Shown here in pieces: positions 22,540 to 34,440 of a stretch of DNA of 64,000 nt. The DNA is from Anthoceros angustus (Eukaryota; Plantae; Anthocerotophyta). The notes below the pieces were generated by a model. The model saw nothing but the letters and a program-made list of their open reading frames with translations, did not search any database and had not been told where the DNA came from. Location of the stretch: assembly GCA_010909165.1 (NCBI GenBank), contig MU008200.1:372001-436000 (forward strand), written 5' to 3'. Numbering within the stretch: position 1 is the stretch's first letter; each line of letters begins with the position of its first letter. The translations under genes and the position numbers were made by a program.

Positions 22540-25170
22540 TCGGAAGGTACTTCTTAACCTTCCACCCATTCACTCTAGTTGGCGGCAAATCCCCATCCGA
22601 CACGAAGTTGCGGATCCATTCTCATACACTGCCACCACCTCATAAGGTCCCATCCATCTCAACCTAAGCTTCCCTAGGAAGTCCATATATCGGCTATCAT
22701 ATAGAAGAACCAAATCCCCATGATAGCTTCTTGCTTCCTCAACTTCCCATCATGCCTATCCTTTCTAAGCTCCCAATTCGCTGAGTTTCTTCTAAAGCAT
22801 CTTCCCAGCTCCTCATGCTCTATGAAAGACTCTAGTCTAGCTACCGGCTATCCTCTCGTCATGCTCATCCTCCATGATTCTATAGGTAGGTACTTCAAAT
22901 TCTCACTGGAGACATGCCATATGTTAAATAATAAGGGGTCTTCTTGGTTGTCACCTTCTGTCCTCCAGAAGCCCATAGCACGAATGTAGCTTAGTGTCCC
23001 AATCATACATGTGAGTCATTACCTTGGTCAAGATTGTACACAACAGCCCATTCGCTTTTCTCCAGTCAAACCATTCGCTTTGGGATTGTAAGGAGTTGTC
23101 TTCGATGAATGTTGAAGTAGGTGGTGAGAGTCTCAATGAGTTGAGGAAATGAGTTCCCATCATCGACCAACTCCAAAGGACATCCATACCTCGTTATAAT
23201 GTTCTCAAGAGAAACTTCGCATCGGCGTCCTTCCTTGTTGCTTGCCCACCATCTTTGTACAATAGTCCGTAGCCACCAAGATATATTGCTTCCTTGTCCA
23301 TTGTGTGGGTGGCTTGATTGGACCTACAAAATCTATACCCCACTTCTCAAATGGTGCCAAAGGTAGTATGTAGGTGAGAGGCCACGTGTTGACAAAGTGG
23401 GCCTTCCAACCCTCGACACGCATCACACCTCCTAATAAATTCCCACACATCCCTCTCGCATTGTAGCCACCAAGCCTGCATCCAAGACCTTCTTCACGGT
23501 GATTTATGAATAATGACCACCAGCCTCTCGCATGTAAAAGCTCGTGACCAAAACATTTCTAGTTTCATCGCAATCTTCTCCCTGACCAAGCTTACAAGAC
23601 CCCATCTCGTAGGCAATAAGGGGCTGTCTTGTGGAGAAAACAGCTCGCCTCCCTAGACAAACCATCGGGCATGATTCCATGCTCTAGAAAATTTCGACCT
23701 CACCATTCAGATATCTTGGGCATGAACGCCCCTCACGTTCTAATCTCCTCCTTCCATGCATACCACGTCGCCTCCTGCTAGCTCGCCCACCAGCAGCCCC
23801 AGACGGCGTTGATCCATCCACAAATCCGGCCCGCTTTGTCCATGCTGCAAGTTTTGATCGATGTGATACGATGCCGATGTCGAGCATGCCGACGATCTTG
23901 CTTCCTCGTAGTTTCTACGGCCATAATCAAACTCTTGCAGTGAGGTACCACCGCAATCCTTCCCGACAACCGCTTGCACAAGGTACTTCAGCAAAATGGT
24001 CAAGAAAGCCACTTTGCAAGAGATAGTGTCTAAACTTCTTACTGAGTAAATGATACCAAGACCCTCCCGCCTGCGGGTTGAGTAGTTCTTCTCGATCCGT
24101 GAGTCCTAGCATAGAAATCGGATGGTCCCGCTTTCTTCTGCTTCCGCTTAAGATGGTCCCAATGGCATAAGACACATCCATTTATACAAACGGTTTTCCC
24201 AATGCGGGAACATGGGTGCGCATCACAATTTTCTTCAAAAGCCTGCCTCCCCATTCAAAGGTGTATCCTTCTTGGTCAATTGGGTCAAGAGCCTTCTTAG
24301 CAAAATCCTTGATGAACCTGTAATATCCTACCGCACAAAGGCAGAGCCTCACCGTTGGGCATCCATCTCAAATTTATGCCACCTTCATCTACTACCCAAT
24401 CCTCTTCTAAATCGATGCTAACAAAATACCTTCCGTCATGCAAATAACACTTAAGTATTTTGGTTCTGAATTTTCTCATAAAGAAAGATTCGCTCCTACT
24501 GCAGGGCTCACCGCTTCTTGCGGCATTCTCTTGCCCAATGGCGTGGTGCCACACTAGTTGCAAGAGCCTGGACGTTTGGTGGAGGAGCTATGGAACGCAT
24601 CAAAGAACCGCCAGATGAAGTGCCCCTTGAATTTGGCCTTGCCTCTGAAAAGGCGTGAATTCACAGCTAACACTCTCTCGGCTTTGTTCTTAGGAGCAGA
24701 CGGGAAAGATCTCAAGCATAGAAAATCGGATGGTCCCGTTTCTTCTAGTCCTTCGGCTTAAGATGGTCCCAATGGCATAAGCGGACATCCGTATACATGA
24801 AACGGCCCAATCGTGGGTGTAACATGGTGCGCTCACGGATTCTTGATTCTGAAAACCCTCATCTTGCACCGTCCATTCGAAAGGTGTATCCTTCTTGGTC
24901 AATTGAATTGCAAAAGCTGCCTTCTTAGCAAAATCCTTGATGAACCTCTGTAATATCCTACCGGTCCTACAAAGGCTTTGCCTCACCGTTTGGGGTGCAT
25001 CCATCTCAGTATAAGCGCCACCTTCTCCTTATCTACTACCACCAATCCTCTTCTGGCTTCGATGTGCCAACAAAATACCTTGTCATGCGAAATAACACTT
25101 AAGTGGTGGTGCCTTGGTTCTCGAAATTTTCTCCTTAGCTAGATTCGCTCTCGGTACATCGTTGTGGCTC
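22540..25170 (-). pseudogene. Athila-like RT C-terminus, RNase H and integrase (subfamily 1)
   Basis: YYRRFIKDFAKK, AYAIGTIL, KKFRHYL, QEFDY, PLAPFEKWGIDFVGPIKPP..YILVATDYCTK, PGKLRLRWMGPYEV..VNGWKVKKY. Gypsy order, no chromodomain. Confidence 0.88.
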
Positions 25171-25350
25171 ACCGCCTTCTTCTTGCGGCATTCTCTTGCC
25201 CAATGTGGGGCACACTAGCAAAACGGGCGTTTGGTGGAGGAGGTGAGGAATCAGTCATTTCAACAGAACCGCGGATGGAGTGCCCCAGAATTTGGCCTTG
25301 CCTCGAAAGCGTGAATTCACGTAACACTCTCGGCTTTGTTCTTAGGAAAG
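24108..25350. repeat. Tandem duplication, unit ~610 bp (RH/RT fragment plus copia gag junction)
   Basis: AGCATAGAAA(A)TCGGATGGTCCCG at 24108 and 24715; single copy in the sister unit at ~41927-42545. Confidence 0.82.
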
Positions 25351-25800
25351 CCAGGAAGAGTACAAGCTTGTTCCTACGATAAGTCGCCAATGATGTCCTT
25401 AACGGGTGGGGAGCGGTGCGGCCTCCTAGAGCGAGTCCGTTTGGTGTGACAAAATTACGATATGAAGGTGGGAGGCGGTGAGTAGCTAGGATAAATGACT
25501 TGGCATCTTGTTAGTAGCAGCGTGATGAGGCTCTAAGATGGAAGGAACTTCTTGGCAATATGTACAACTATCTTCTCTCCTTCCTTCATTTTCAAAGCAT
25601 AAAATGCAATTCTTGCAGCTAATAACGACCGCATGTTAGTGGAATGATAGGTTGTTTCTAACTGGTTCCAGATGGCCTCCATGTGTCAGAACTCACCATG
25701 CGGATGCATCTAGGCCATTGATTAGGAGGGCCATAGCGACACCATAGTGGTGCATCCACTTGGCATGATCATCAGGGTGTGTGGTAGGATGGTGCTTGAA
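25200..25800 (-). pseudogene. Copia-D gag fragment
   Basis: AMALLINGLD and IAFYALKMKEGEKIVVHI, resembling the copia gag (UBN2-like) motif also seen in Copia-B. Confidence 0.62.
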
Positions 25801-26456
25801 GAAGTCAGAAGGCCACCTCCTCGAGGCGAGAGCAAGGAGCTCCCATCGCCTTGTCGTGCGAGGGGCGGGATGAAGGTCTTGAGGAGGTGCGGCGGTGCTA
25901 AATCTTCAGAGCGCTCATGCTCATGTTCACGGACCATACCTTGTGTATTTGTCAATCGCTTGCCACCATGGACAGATACTATCAAGCATGGCGAGGCTGT
26001 GAGCAAGCAGCTTCTACAACATGTTTGCGAAGGAGCGGGTGAAGGAAGCAGGAGAGACGGAGAGAATAGGCTTGTGAGTGGAGCACGAAGAGGATAGCTT
26101 GGCAAGCGCAGACCACTTATCGACAAGGTGGAAGGCAGCATAAAGCTGAAGATGGGTGAAGGAGGGGAGCGGTGATTGTTCCTCAAACTTCAAACCCAGA
26201 ACTGGCGCCTATCGGTGGCTGTACAAGACTAAGAGGTGTTAATCGTGATGGGGTTGACAAGCTGGAGCATAAAAGTTTGGGCAACTAGCTTAAATGAGTT
26301 CGTTTGAAACAGGCCCACACTCTTTTCTAGAAATGGTTTGGTGAAGACATGCAAGGAAATTTTTGCTCCTTTTTAGCGGAGTTGTAGGACCATGTCGAAG
26401 GCGAGAGGATATGGGGGAAAAGAAACGGGTCAACGACGTGGTGAGGAGAAAGGTAA

Positions 26457-26650
26457 CCTACATGGTGGGAAGGTGTCCTACCATGGGAGAAACTCCTGCA
26501 TGGTGGCGGTGGAGATCCTACCGTGGAGGCCACCGCTGTGTTTTGATCACCTACAGTGAGATAGCTCTACCATGGTAGGAGAGGGTGGGAAGGTATCTAC
26601 CGTGGGATAACTCCTACGTGGTAGGAGAGGAAGGCACATGGTAGGAGGAG
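26457..26650. repeat. Palindrome array (degraded copy)
   Basis: CCTACCATGGGAG, CCTACCGTGGAGG, CTACCATGGTAGG in the inverted copy of 22054-22297. Confidence 0.75.
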
Positions 26651-26816
26651 CGGTGGGGTTGCTAAGGAAGGGCTGCAGGATAGGCTGGATAGGGTCTTTT
26701 AGTGGACTAGATAAATAGGCCAAAATAGGTAATTTTAGAGGCTAATTTTCAGTGAAATTAGAAAATAGGAAAATGGTATTTTAGTATAGGGAATTAGAAA
26801 ACAAAATGGTGAGAGG

Positions 26817-26863
26817 GCCACGTGGCACACATCAGGGCAGGAATGGCATGGGTGACTTATAAA
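26817..26863 (+). promoter_or_regulatory. G-box plus TATA, candidate ORF X promoter
   Basis: GCCACGTGGC 26817-26826; TATAAA 26858-26863. Confidence 0.5.
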
Positions 26864-27289
26864 GGTGTGATGCGAACTCGAGGGACTCAGAGAGACGGCC
26901 TCACTGCGCCCGCCCTCAAGCTTCCCAGGGCCCAGCTGGCGCGTCTGCGCCATGGAGAGGAAGGGCGCAAGCTCAACAGGAGGCTGGAGGGCGAGGAGAG
27001 GAGGAGGAGAGGAGGAAAGGTTGGGCCTGCTGCCGGGCTCGTGATGCTGGAGGTGGAGGTGGCAAGATGGAGCGTGAAGGAAGGGCTCCTAATGGCGTGT
27101 GGAGTCCGTTGAATTTTGTGAGCTTTCTGCGGGGAGAATGGGGTTTTGAGGATGCCAAGGTAAGACTGCGGGAGAGCAAGGGCAAGGACCTTTGCTTGAA
27201 GATCGTGGAGGAGGAGAAGGCGGCCGGAGATGGGGAGGGGGTCTGCGGGCATCCATCTCTTTCTTCAATTGCAAGTACTGCCAAGGAGG

Positions 27290-29732
27290 CGACCAAGAGG
27301 TAGCAGCCGGAAGGAGGCGTCCACCAAGGGTGGCGCGGGCGGAAAGTCTGGAGCGGAGATCGGGACTCGGTGGTGACATGCCTTCGTGCTATGCGGGCCA
27401 GACCTTGGGCTGACCTTGGGCAGCGGGAATATTCCGATGGAGTGTATGGGCATTGGCGTACCAACCTTGAATTGATGGAGTGTTTGCAATCTGTGACGGT
27501 GGCGCTGCCCGGATAGGAAAAGCGACGGATCACGTGTTGGGTATGAGCATACATGGCGGGGATAGGAGGATAAGCGGAATCACGTTGATGGAAGGGAGCA
27601 GGAGTGCAGCGGCGGATCTTCCCAAGGGGCTACACTTATGCAAGGGGCAGCAAGAATCAGGCGGGCTTAATCTTGAGCCAGATTGTTCTGGGTAGGAATT
27701 GTCATGGGCACTCTCCTTTTGTGGAAGATCACTCAGGAGCGGTGGGCTCATGTGAAGCAGGAGGCTGAAACAGCGTCATGAAGGTCGGTGGCACTATCTG
27801 AAGTTTGTGAGAGGGCTAAGTGAGTTGGATGATTCAAGCATCCCTTAACATTATGTACTGCGAGGATGTGAGCTGCGGCAAGGAGAGGGGCATCCCGGTG
27901 CCGGAAGCCTCGAAAGATAGGCCGAGGATGTGGGAGGACTTGCAGAAGTTGTAGAGATTTGAAGTTGGTTGAGATGCAAGATGGTGGATAGATCTACCAT
28001 GGCGGGAATCCCTGCGAGGTGGGAGGTGTTCCCCAGGGGTTTGGGACCCCTTTAGTCCTCTCATGACAAGGCCTCACTTAGTCCTACCACGGTGAAGTAG
28101 TCCTACGGTGGTGAAGTCCTGCGGTAGCACCTCCTACCACGGTGGGAGGAAGGAAGTCACGGTTTGGAAGCTCCCAAGAGGAGATAAGAAGGCAACCGGC
28201 CCGTTAGGTGGGCGGCGGATGGAGTCACGGTGGGAGGAGTTGCCCACCAAGTGATGAGCGGGAGCTCATCATAGGGAAGCAAGGGATGTAAGATCCCATG
28301 AGCAAGGCAAAGGCCTTGAGTCTCCGGAGGTAAGAAAGGAGACTTAGACATGTTGGAGGAGATGCTGCGCATAGGGGAGATGTTCAGCAAGGTAGACATA
28401 GGAGCCGCCAAGAGGAGAGTTGAATTCTTGAAGGCGGAGGCGGAGAAGACAAGGACCTACCAAGCAAGGGAAATTGCGGTGGCGGCGGAAACCCAGTGGC
28501 GGGAGGATGTTATGAGGATGGAAGCTCAAGTGGAGCACTTGGAAAAGAGTCTTGAGGCAAGGCAGGCAAACAAACCATCATATTCGGAGAACAAGGCTCT
28601 TACCAAGCAATTGGCAGCTCGAGAGGAGAAGGTGGAGCAACTTGCTCACATGGTGCACATGGAAAAGAAGGCAAGACAAGCAAGTGCTGCTAATGGAGGA
28701 AAGGTCAAGGCAGAGCAATCTCTGCAGCAAATGAGGCAGCACAAAGGCAAGTAGGCGCACATGAGCGGGTCATAGCCACACAGTGTGAAGATTAGTGACA
28801 TGGAAAAGGAGCTGGGAGAAATCCGAGGCTGGAATTGAAGGAAGAAGAGCTGGAAGAACGGACACATTTTGTCCAAAGATTGGAAATGGAGCGAAGTCCA
28901 GCAGGAGAATGCACAACTCCCTAGGAGGATAGGGGAGTTGGAGGAAGAAATGGCAAAGGAGAAAGGCCGTCATGAGGCGGTGGTGCGACATATGTTGGCG
29001 GTGAGGCGAGATTTGGTGATTGCCCTACAAGAGATTGATCCGCCAACCTGCAGAATGAGAGACGGAGAATGCTCTCCATGTCAAGGCGGTGAGCTGGCCT
29101 GGAGCGAGATGCTTACAAAAGCAAGTGTGAGCATGGAGTATGGCTTGAGGATTACGAAGAATTGGAGATGGCACAACAACGATTTGCAGCCCATCTTCAC
29201 AACAAGGTGCTCAAGGCCACTAACGAGTTGTTGCGACTTCTGAAAGGAGGAATGTTGGGACCTCATGATAGGGGAGGCCCTCATGCAAGTCCAACCGGAA
29301 GCCTTAGACTTGGAGTGTCCCAAGCAAGGGGTGAAGAAACTTGCACTGGGAGAAGCAAGTGAAGCGGGAAGGCTGCGGTGGAAGAATCACCCGGAAGGGG
29401 TAAGGAAGAAAGACCTCGGTAGGAACTCCTACCGTAGGAGGAGAAACCTACCATGGTAGGAGGGCCGAGAAGCAGATTCAAAGGCTGCTAGCATGGATTT
29501 GATGGCAAGGGAGGCCCTTGCGGAAAGAAGGAAGAGGGGTTGATCTTGCGGGAATGGAGCAAGAATCACAAGGAGAAGACCAACCTCCTAACATGGGTGC
29601 AGGAGCAAGGAGCTCACTTGCTCCACAAGTGAGAGGAAGAAGGCGAGGATGAGCCGGTGGCTAAGAGAGCCCGGCTATTTTATTGGAGGAAGGAACTCAA
29701 GATAGGCATCAAGATAAGGAAGGGATTCATAA
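27290..29732 (+). pseudogene. ORF X, subfamily 1 (5' part very noisy)
   Basis: ORF 28350..28754 MLEEMLRIGEMFSKVDIGAAKRRVEFLKAEAEK..EQLAHMV and 28869..29243; colinear with 44654-47291. Confidence 0.62.
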
Positions 29733-29850
29733 GAAGTCCTTAAATTAGCTTGAAGACATGGGGCAAGATGCCACTTGGGAAGACTTTTCTTTAGAGGAGG
29801 AGGCATTAATGCTTGTCACCCGATGAGTGTGTTGACTAGCTAGATAGGAA

Positions 29851-30646
29851 TGTTGGAGCCATTAAGGCTCACATAGGTGAATTTGCTAGAATAGAATTTT
29901 ACCCAAGATGCTTGGATGTCGAACTTAAAATCGACAATAGGATACACTAAAATAAGGAGTGAGGCGTGCCGGAGGGCGCCGAGGCTGTGAGGACCTCCCT
30001 ATAAAAGGAGGAGCTTGTGAAGTAAAATTATCGTGTCTTGCGCTCCCATCCTCCGAGTCCTTCACTTTGTGTGCGAGAATTTCGTGTGCAAGCCAACGCA
30101 TGTCTGGTAGAGAGGAGAAGCAGCGGCGGTGTCTGGGCGGAGGGCTTGCTCTTTGCAGCGCCCACTAGCTGCTCCCCTTGTGAATGGTTGTTGTGTGAAT
30201 TGTTTTGCTTTGAGTGTGTGGCGATGCTCAAGGAACTCTCGGCTTGAGGGTAGACTGCAAGGAAAGACTCCCTGGAGGTTCTCCCTGTCTGGTACAAACC
30301 GCATAGCAACCGGCCCAAGGAAGAACTCGTTAATTTCCGGACGGACCCCAGGCAGTTGTGCCGTAAGGGCGAGTTGGAATTAATGAGCCAGCAATCGGTG
30401 TTAGAGTAGGAGATCGTGGAGGAAGGAAGGTTAGATGAGTAGAGAAGAAGAGGGCGTTGTTGATTGAGAGAGTTGTGAGGAGGATTAGAGTGTAGGAAAA
30501 GCGGAGAGAGGCGAGCCTAAGGGCCGAATCCCAAATGCAAGTAAGAGGCGCTCCTGTGGAGAAGAGTGTCTTAGGAGTAGGGACGAAGTTGCGGTGTGGG
30601 TCGGGGTCCTGGGCGTGATAGACACCTTCTTAAGGCGTAACCTGCA
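29851..30646 (+). repeat. Athila-like LTR
   Basis: Copy of 10033-10815; TATAAAA at 30000. Confidence 0.75.
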
Positions 30647-30652
30647 ATTGTG

Positions 30653-30667
30653 TGGTGTCGTTGTAGG
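30653..30667 (+). promoter_or_regulatory. Degenerate tRNA-Asp-type PBS
   Basis: TGGTGTCGTTGTAGG versus Athila-type TGGCGCCGTTGCCGG: three C>T changes and one other mismatch. Confidence 0.6.
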
Positions 30668-30829
30668 TTGAGGTTTGGTGAGCGACGGGCGTAGCTGCTG
30701 TAGAGGAGGCGTGAGGCGCCTTGCTTGTTTAGAAGGCTGAGGTGGTGTGTAGCTGCGGTGTGATTTCTCAAGATTCGGTTCCCAAGTCTCATGGGACGAA
30801 ACCCAGCGTCTGAAGCAGCGGTGGGATAA

Positions 30830-32590
30830 GTGTGGCCGCTAGAGGTGCATCTCGGAGCCCGGGATCTGCCTCCCACGGCTGGAGCGTAAGGATGTGCTCG
30901 TTCTATACTCATTGCTGCCTTAGATAGAAATGTGATGCCACACACCATAGATGCCAAAACCTCGGCAGATGTGTGGAAAGTTTTCCAGTCGATATATCAG
31001 GACAAGAGTTCGGCGTCCCTGGTGCATGCGCACAGAGACTTCTTCAACTTGAGGATGCGGGACAATGAGCCTGTTGAGGCTTATATCAACGTGCTAATCT
31101 TGCCTATTGTGTGCAGTCTTGTGAAGTTCAAGCTATAAGTATCTTGGCTTCACTTCCAAAGTTATCGCACTTTGTTGGCGATCGAATGCCACAATACATC
31201 TGTTCAACTACTACAGCCAGCCAGAAGGTAACACTCGAGGTAATTGGCGCCCTTATATCCGAGGCGCACAAGGAGTTTTCACAAACCTAAGGGCTCCACT
31301 TCCAACAACACAAGAGTATTGTTTACATCAAGAGTGGCTTTCGAGGTCGAGTAGAGGACGTGGTTCCTACTCGAACCCAGCGATGTAATCACCAAGAAGA
31401 CTTTTGTGTGTGCCGGTGTAAGATTCACAGCCATTATGAGCAGAGGCATCGTAAGAAGAAAGGAGGAGAGCCAGTGCGATCATCCTCCGAGCAACGTCAC
31501 CATCAGCAAGGCTAAGCAGTCCACTATCCTGGCGGTTTGTTTGTCTACACAAGTACAATCGACACATGGTTTCTCGATTCGAGAGCCACAAGTCATATTT
31601 GCTTTCACAGTGCTTTTCTTCTTTCACTCCTTACGCTGATGCCAACAGTTTGTCTTATTAGGGGCGATAGTGGACTTTCTATCAAAGGTTGAGCTCATTA
31701 TCATTTCCTTGCACGACTCTTCAAATATACACTCACAAGGTTCTCTATGTCCCTTCAATGACTAAGAACTTGATGTCATCCTAAAGTGTCACGGGAACAT
31801 TCGCCGAGTGTGTTTTGATCGGCAAGGGTGCTATGTTACAAGCTCAAGTTAGGGCATCATCTTTTCTCGGCTCACCTTCTCACGACTGCACCTCCGAGCG
31901 TCAAGGCGTGTTAGGTTCTACTCAATCGGTTATTCCACAGGTACCTCCACACAATTGTGTCGTCTTGGACATGTCAACTTCCTCAGTTCCTTATCAAAGG
32001 TGAGAGTTATCGTGAGCCTCTTGAATTCTCTTTTGATAAGAGCATATACAGAGTCACATCAATTGAGTAAGGCACATTCACCTTTAAGGATATGGCCTTA
32101 GCCGCTTGATGGCTTGCTTCACCGTGCATAGCGACATATGTGATGTCCACTCCTTTGGGGCGGACTATTTCTTGACTTTCATCGCAGTGGAGGCGGATAT
32201 TGTGTAGTTTTCTTTCTCGACACAAGAGTGAAGCTTTTGGTTTCAAGTCTTATGTTCGCTATGCTCAACGCGGACTTCACAGAGGTCAATTTTGCAAGGA
32301 TAATGGCGGTGAGTCAACCGATCACGCATTCGCATCGCACATGGAAGAAGAATCCTTCATCGTTGACAATTCCTTACACTCCAGGGCGAATGCTTTCGGG
32401 CAACGCAAAAGCGAACTCTCTGAGGAAGCCACTTTGGCTTCTCTTTCTTTCTTGGACTCACCGTGGTATTGGGCGAAGTTTTGATGGCGTCAACTATGTA
32501 CGAATCGGCAACAAGGAGCTTGGCTCCATGACCCTTTGAAAGATGGACGGGCAAGTAGCCCAGTTCGACACCTCACAATTTTCGGTGATG
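30830..32590 (+). pseudogene. Copia-A gag-protease-integrase, truncated in integrase
   Basis: MPHTIDAKTSADVWKVFQSIYQDKSS..FFNLRMRDNEPVEAYIN; colinear with 8070-9840; ends at ..RHL.IFG and jumps into ORF X. Confidence 0.88.
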
Positions 32591-33390
32591 GACCGCGAAG
32601 ATGCGGAGATGGAAGGTAGGATAGATCCTACCATGGCAGGAATCCCGCCTACGAGGATAGGAGGTGTTCCCACAGGGGTTTGGGACCCCTTTCGTCCTCT
32701 CATGACAAGGCCTACAGTGGCAGGAATTAGTTCTACCACGGTGGGAAGTAGTCCTACGGTGGTAGAAGCACCTCCTACCACAGTGGGAGGAAAAGTCACG
32801 GTTTGGAAGCTCCCAAGCGGAGATAAGGAGACAACCGGCCCGTTAGGTGGGCGAGCGGATGGAGTCACGGTGGGAGGAGTTGCCCACCAAGTGATGAGCG
32901 GGGGCTCATCATAGGGAAGCAAGGGATGTAAGATCCCATGAGCAAGGCAAAGGCCTTGAGTCTCCGGGAGGTAGAAAGGAGACTTAGACATGTTGGAAGA
33001 GATGCTGCGCGCATAGGGAGATGTTCAGCAAGGTTGACATAGGGCCGCCAAGGAGAGTTGAATTCTTGAAGACGGAGGCGGAAAAGACAAGGACCTACCA
33101 AGCAAGGGAAATTGCAAGTAGGCGGCGGAAGCTTCAGTGGCGGGAGGATGTTGGGACCTCATGATGATGATAGGGAGGCCCTCATGCAAGTGCAAGTCCG
33201 GAAGCCTTAGACTTGGAGAGTGTCCCAAGCCCAACATGGGTGAAGGAACTTGCACTGAGGAAGCGAGTGAGCGGAGAAGCCTGCTGGGGAGGTGAGGAGA
33301 AGAAATGACCCGGTAGGAACACCTACCATGTGGTAGGAGGAGTTCCTACTGGTAGGAGGACTCTACCGTGGTGGGAGAACCTAGTAGAGG
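32591..33390 (+). pseudogene. Internally deleted ORF X segment
   Basis: Repeat linker PTMAG..PTTVGG present; coiled coil removed at ~33150 and tail removed at ~33390. Confidence 0.7.
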
Positions 33391-33413
33391 TGTGTTGACT
33401 AGCTAGATGGGAA

Positions 33414-34198
33414 TGTTGGGAGCCATTAAGGCTCACATAGGTGAAGTTGCTAGAATAGAATTTTACCCAAGATGCTTGGATGTCGAACTTAAAGTCGACA
33501 ATAGGATACACTAAAATAAGGAGTGAGGCGTGCAGGGAGGGCGCGCCGGAGGAGGCATGTGAGGACCTCCTATAAAAGGAGGGAGCTTGTGAGTAAAATT
33601 ATAGGTGTCTTGCGCTCCCATCCTCAGTCCTTCGCTTTGTGTGCGAGAATTTCGTCTTGCAAGCCAACGCGATGTCACAGTAGAGGGGCCGCGGTCGAGT
33701 CTTTGGGTGGAGGGCTTGCTCTTTCGCGCCCACACTGCTCCCTTGTGAATGGTTGTTGTGTGGTGTTTTGCTTTGAGTGTGTGGCGATGCTCAAGGAACT
33801 CTCGGCAGTGACTGAGGAAAGACTCCTGGAGGTTCATTTGTTTGGTACAAACCACATAGCAACTGCCCAAGGAAGAACTTCGTTAATTCCGGACGGACCC
33901 GAACTGTGCCGTAAGGCGAGTTGGAATTAATGAGCCGATTATCGTGTTAGAGTAGGAGATTGTGGAGGAAGGAAGGTTTGATGAGTAGAAGAAGAGGCGT
34001 CGTTGATTGAGGGAGTTGTGAGGAGGATTAGTGTAGGAAAAGCGGAGGCCACAGGCGGAGCCTGAGAAGATCCCAAATGCAAGTAAGAGGCGCTCCACAT
34101 GTGGAGGAGAGTGGTCTTAGGAGTAGGGACAGTGTGGTGTGGGTCGGGGGTCCCCGGGCGCCCGTGATAGACGCCTTGTTGTTAAGACGTGACCTGCA
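33414..34198 (+). repeat. Athila-like LTR, followed by PBS 34205-34219 and the first ~50 bp of Copia-A gag
   Basis: Copy of 29851-30646; TGGTGTCGTTGTAGG follows. Confidence 0.75.
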
Positions 34199-34440
34199 AT
34201 CGGGTGGTGTCGTTGTAGGTTGAGGCTTGGTGAATTTAAAGCGATCTGTGTAGCTGCTGTAGAGGGGCGTGAGGCGCCTTGCTTGTTTAGAAGGTTGAGG
34301 TAGTGTGTAGCTGCGGTGGTGACTGATTTCTCAAGATTCGGCGTTCACAAGTCTCATGGGACAAAACCAAGCGTCAGCAGACGATTAGGATAAGTGTGGC
34401 CGCTAGAGGTGCATCTCGGAAGCCGGGATCTGCCTCCCAC

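Noticed and set aside
22540-22700. Chromodomain at the integrase C-terminus
   Set aside because: Integrase ends with GPY and VNG..K.Y motifs typical of non-chromoviruses, then non-coding sequence.
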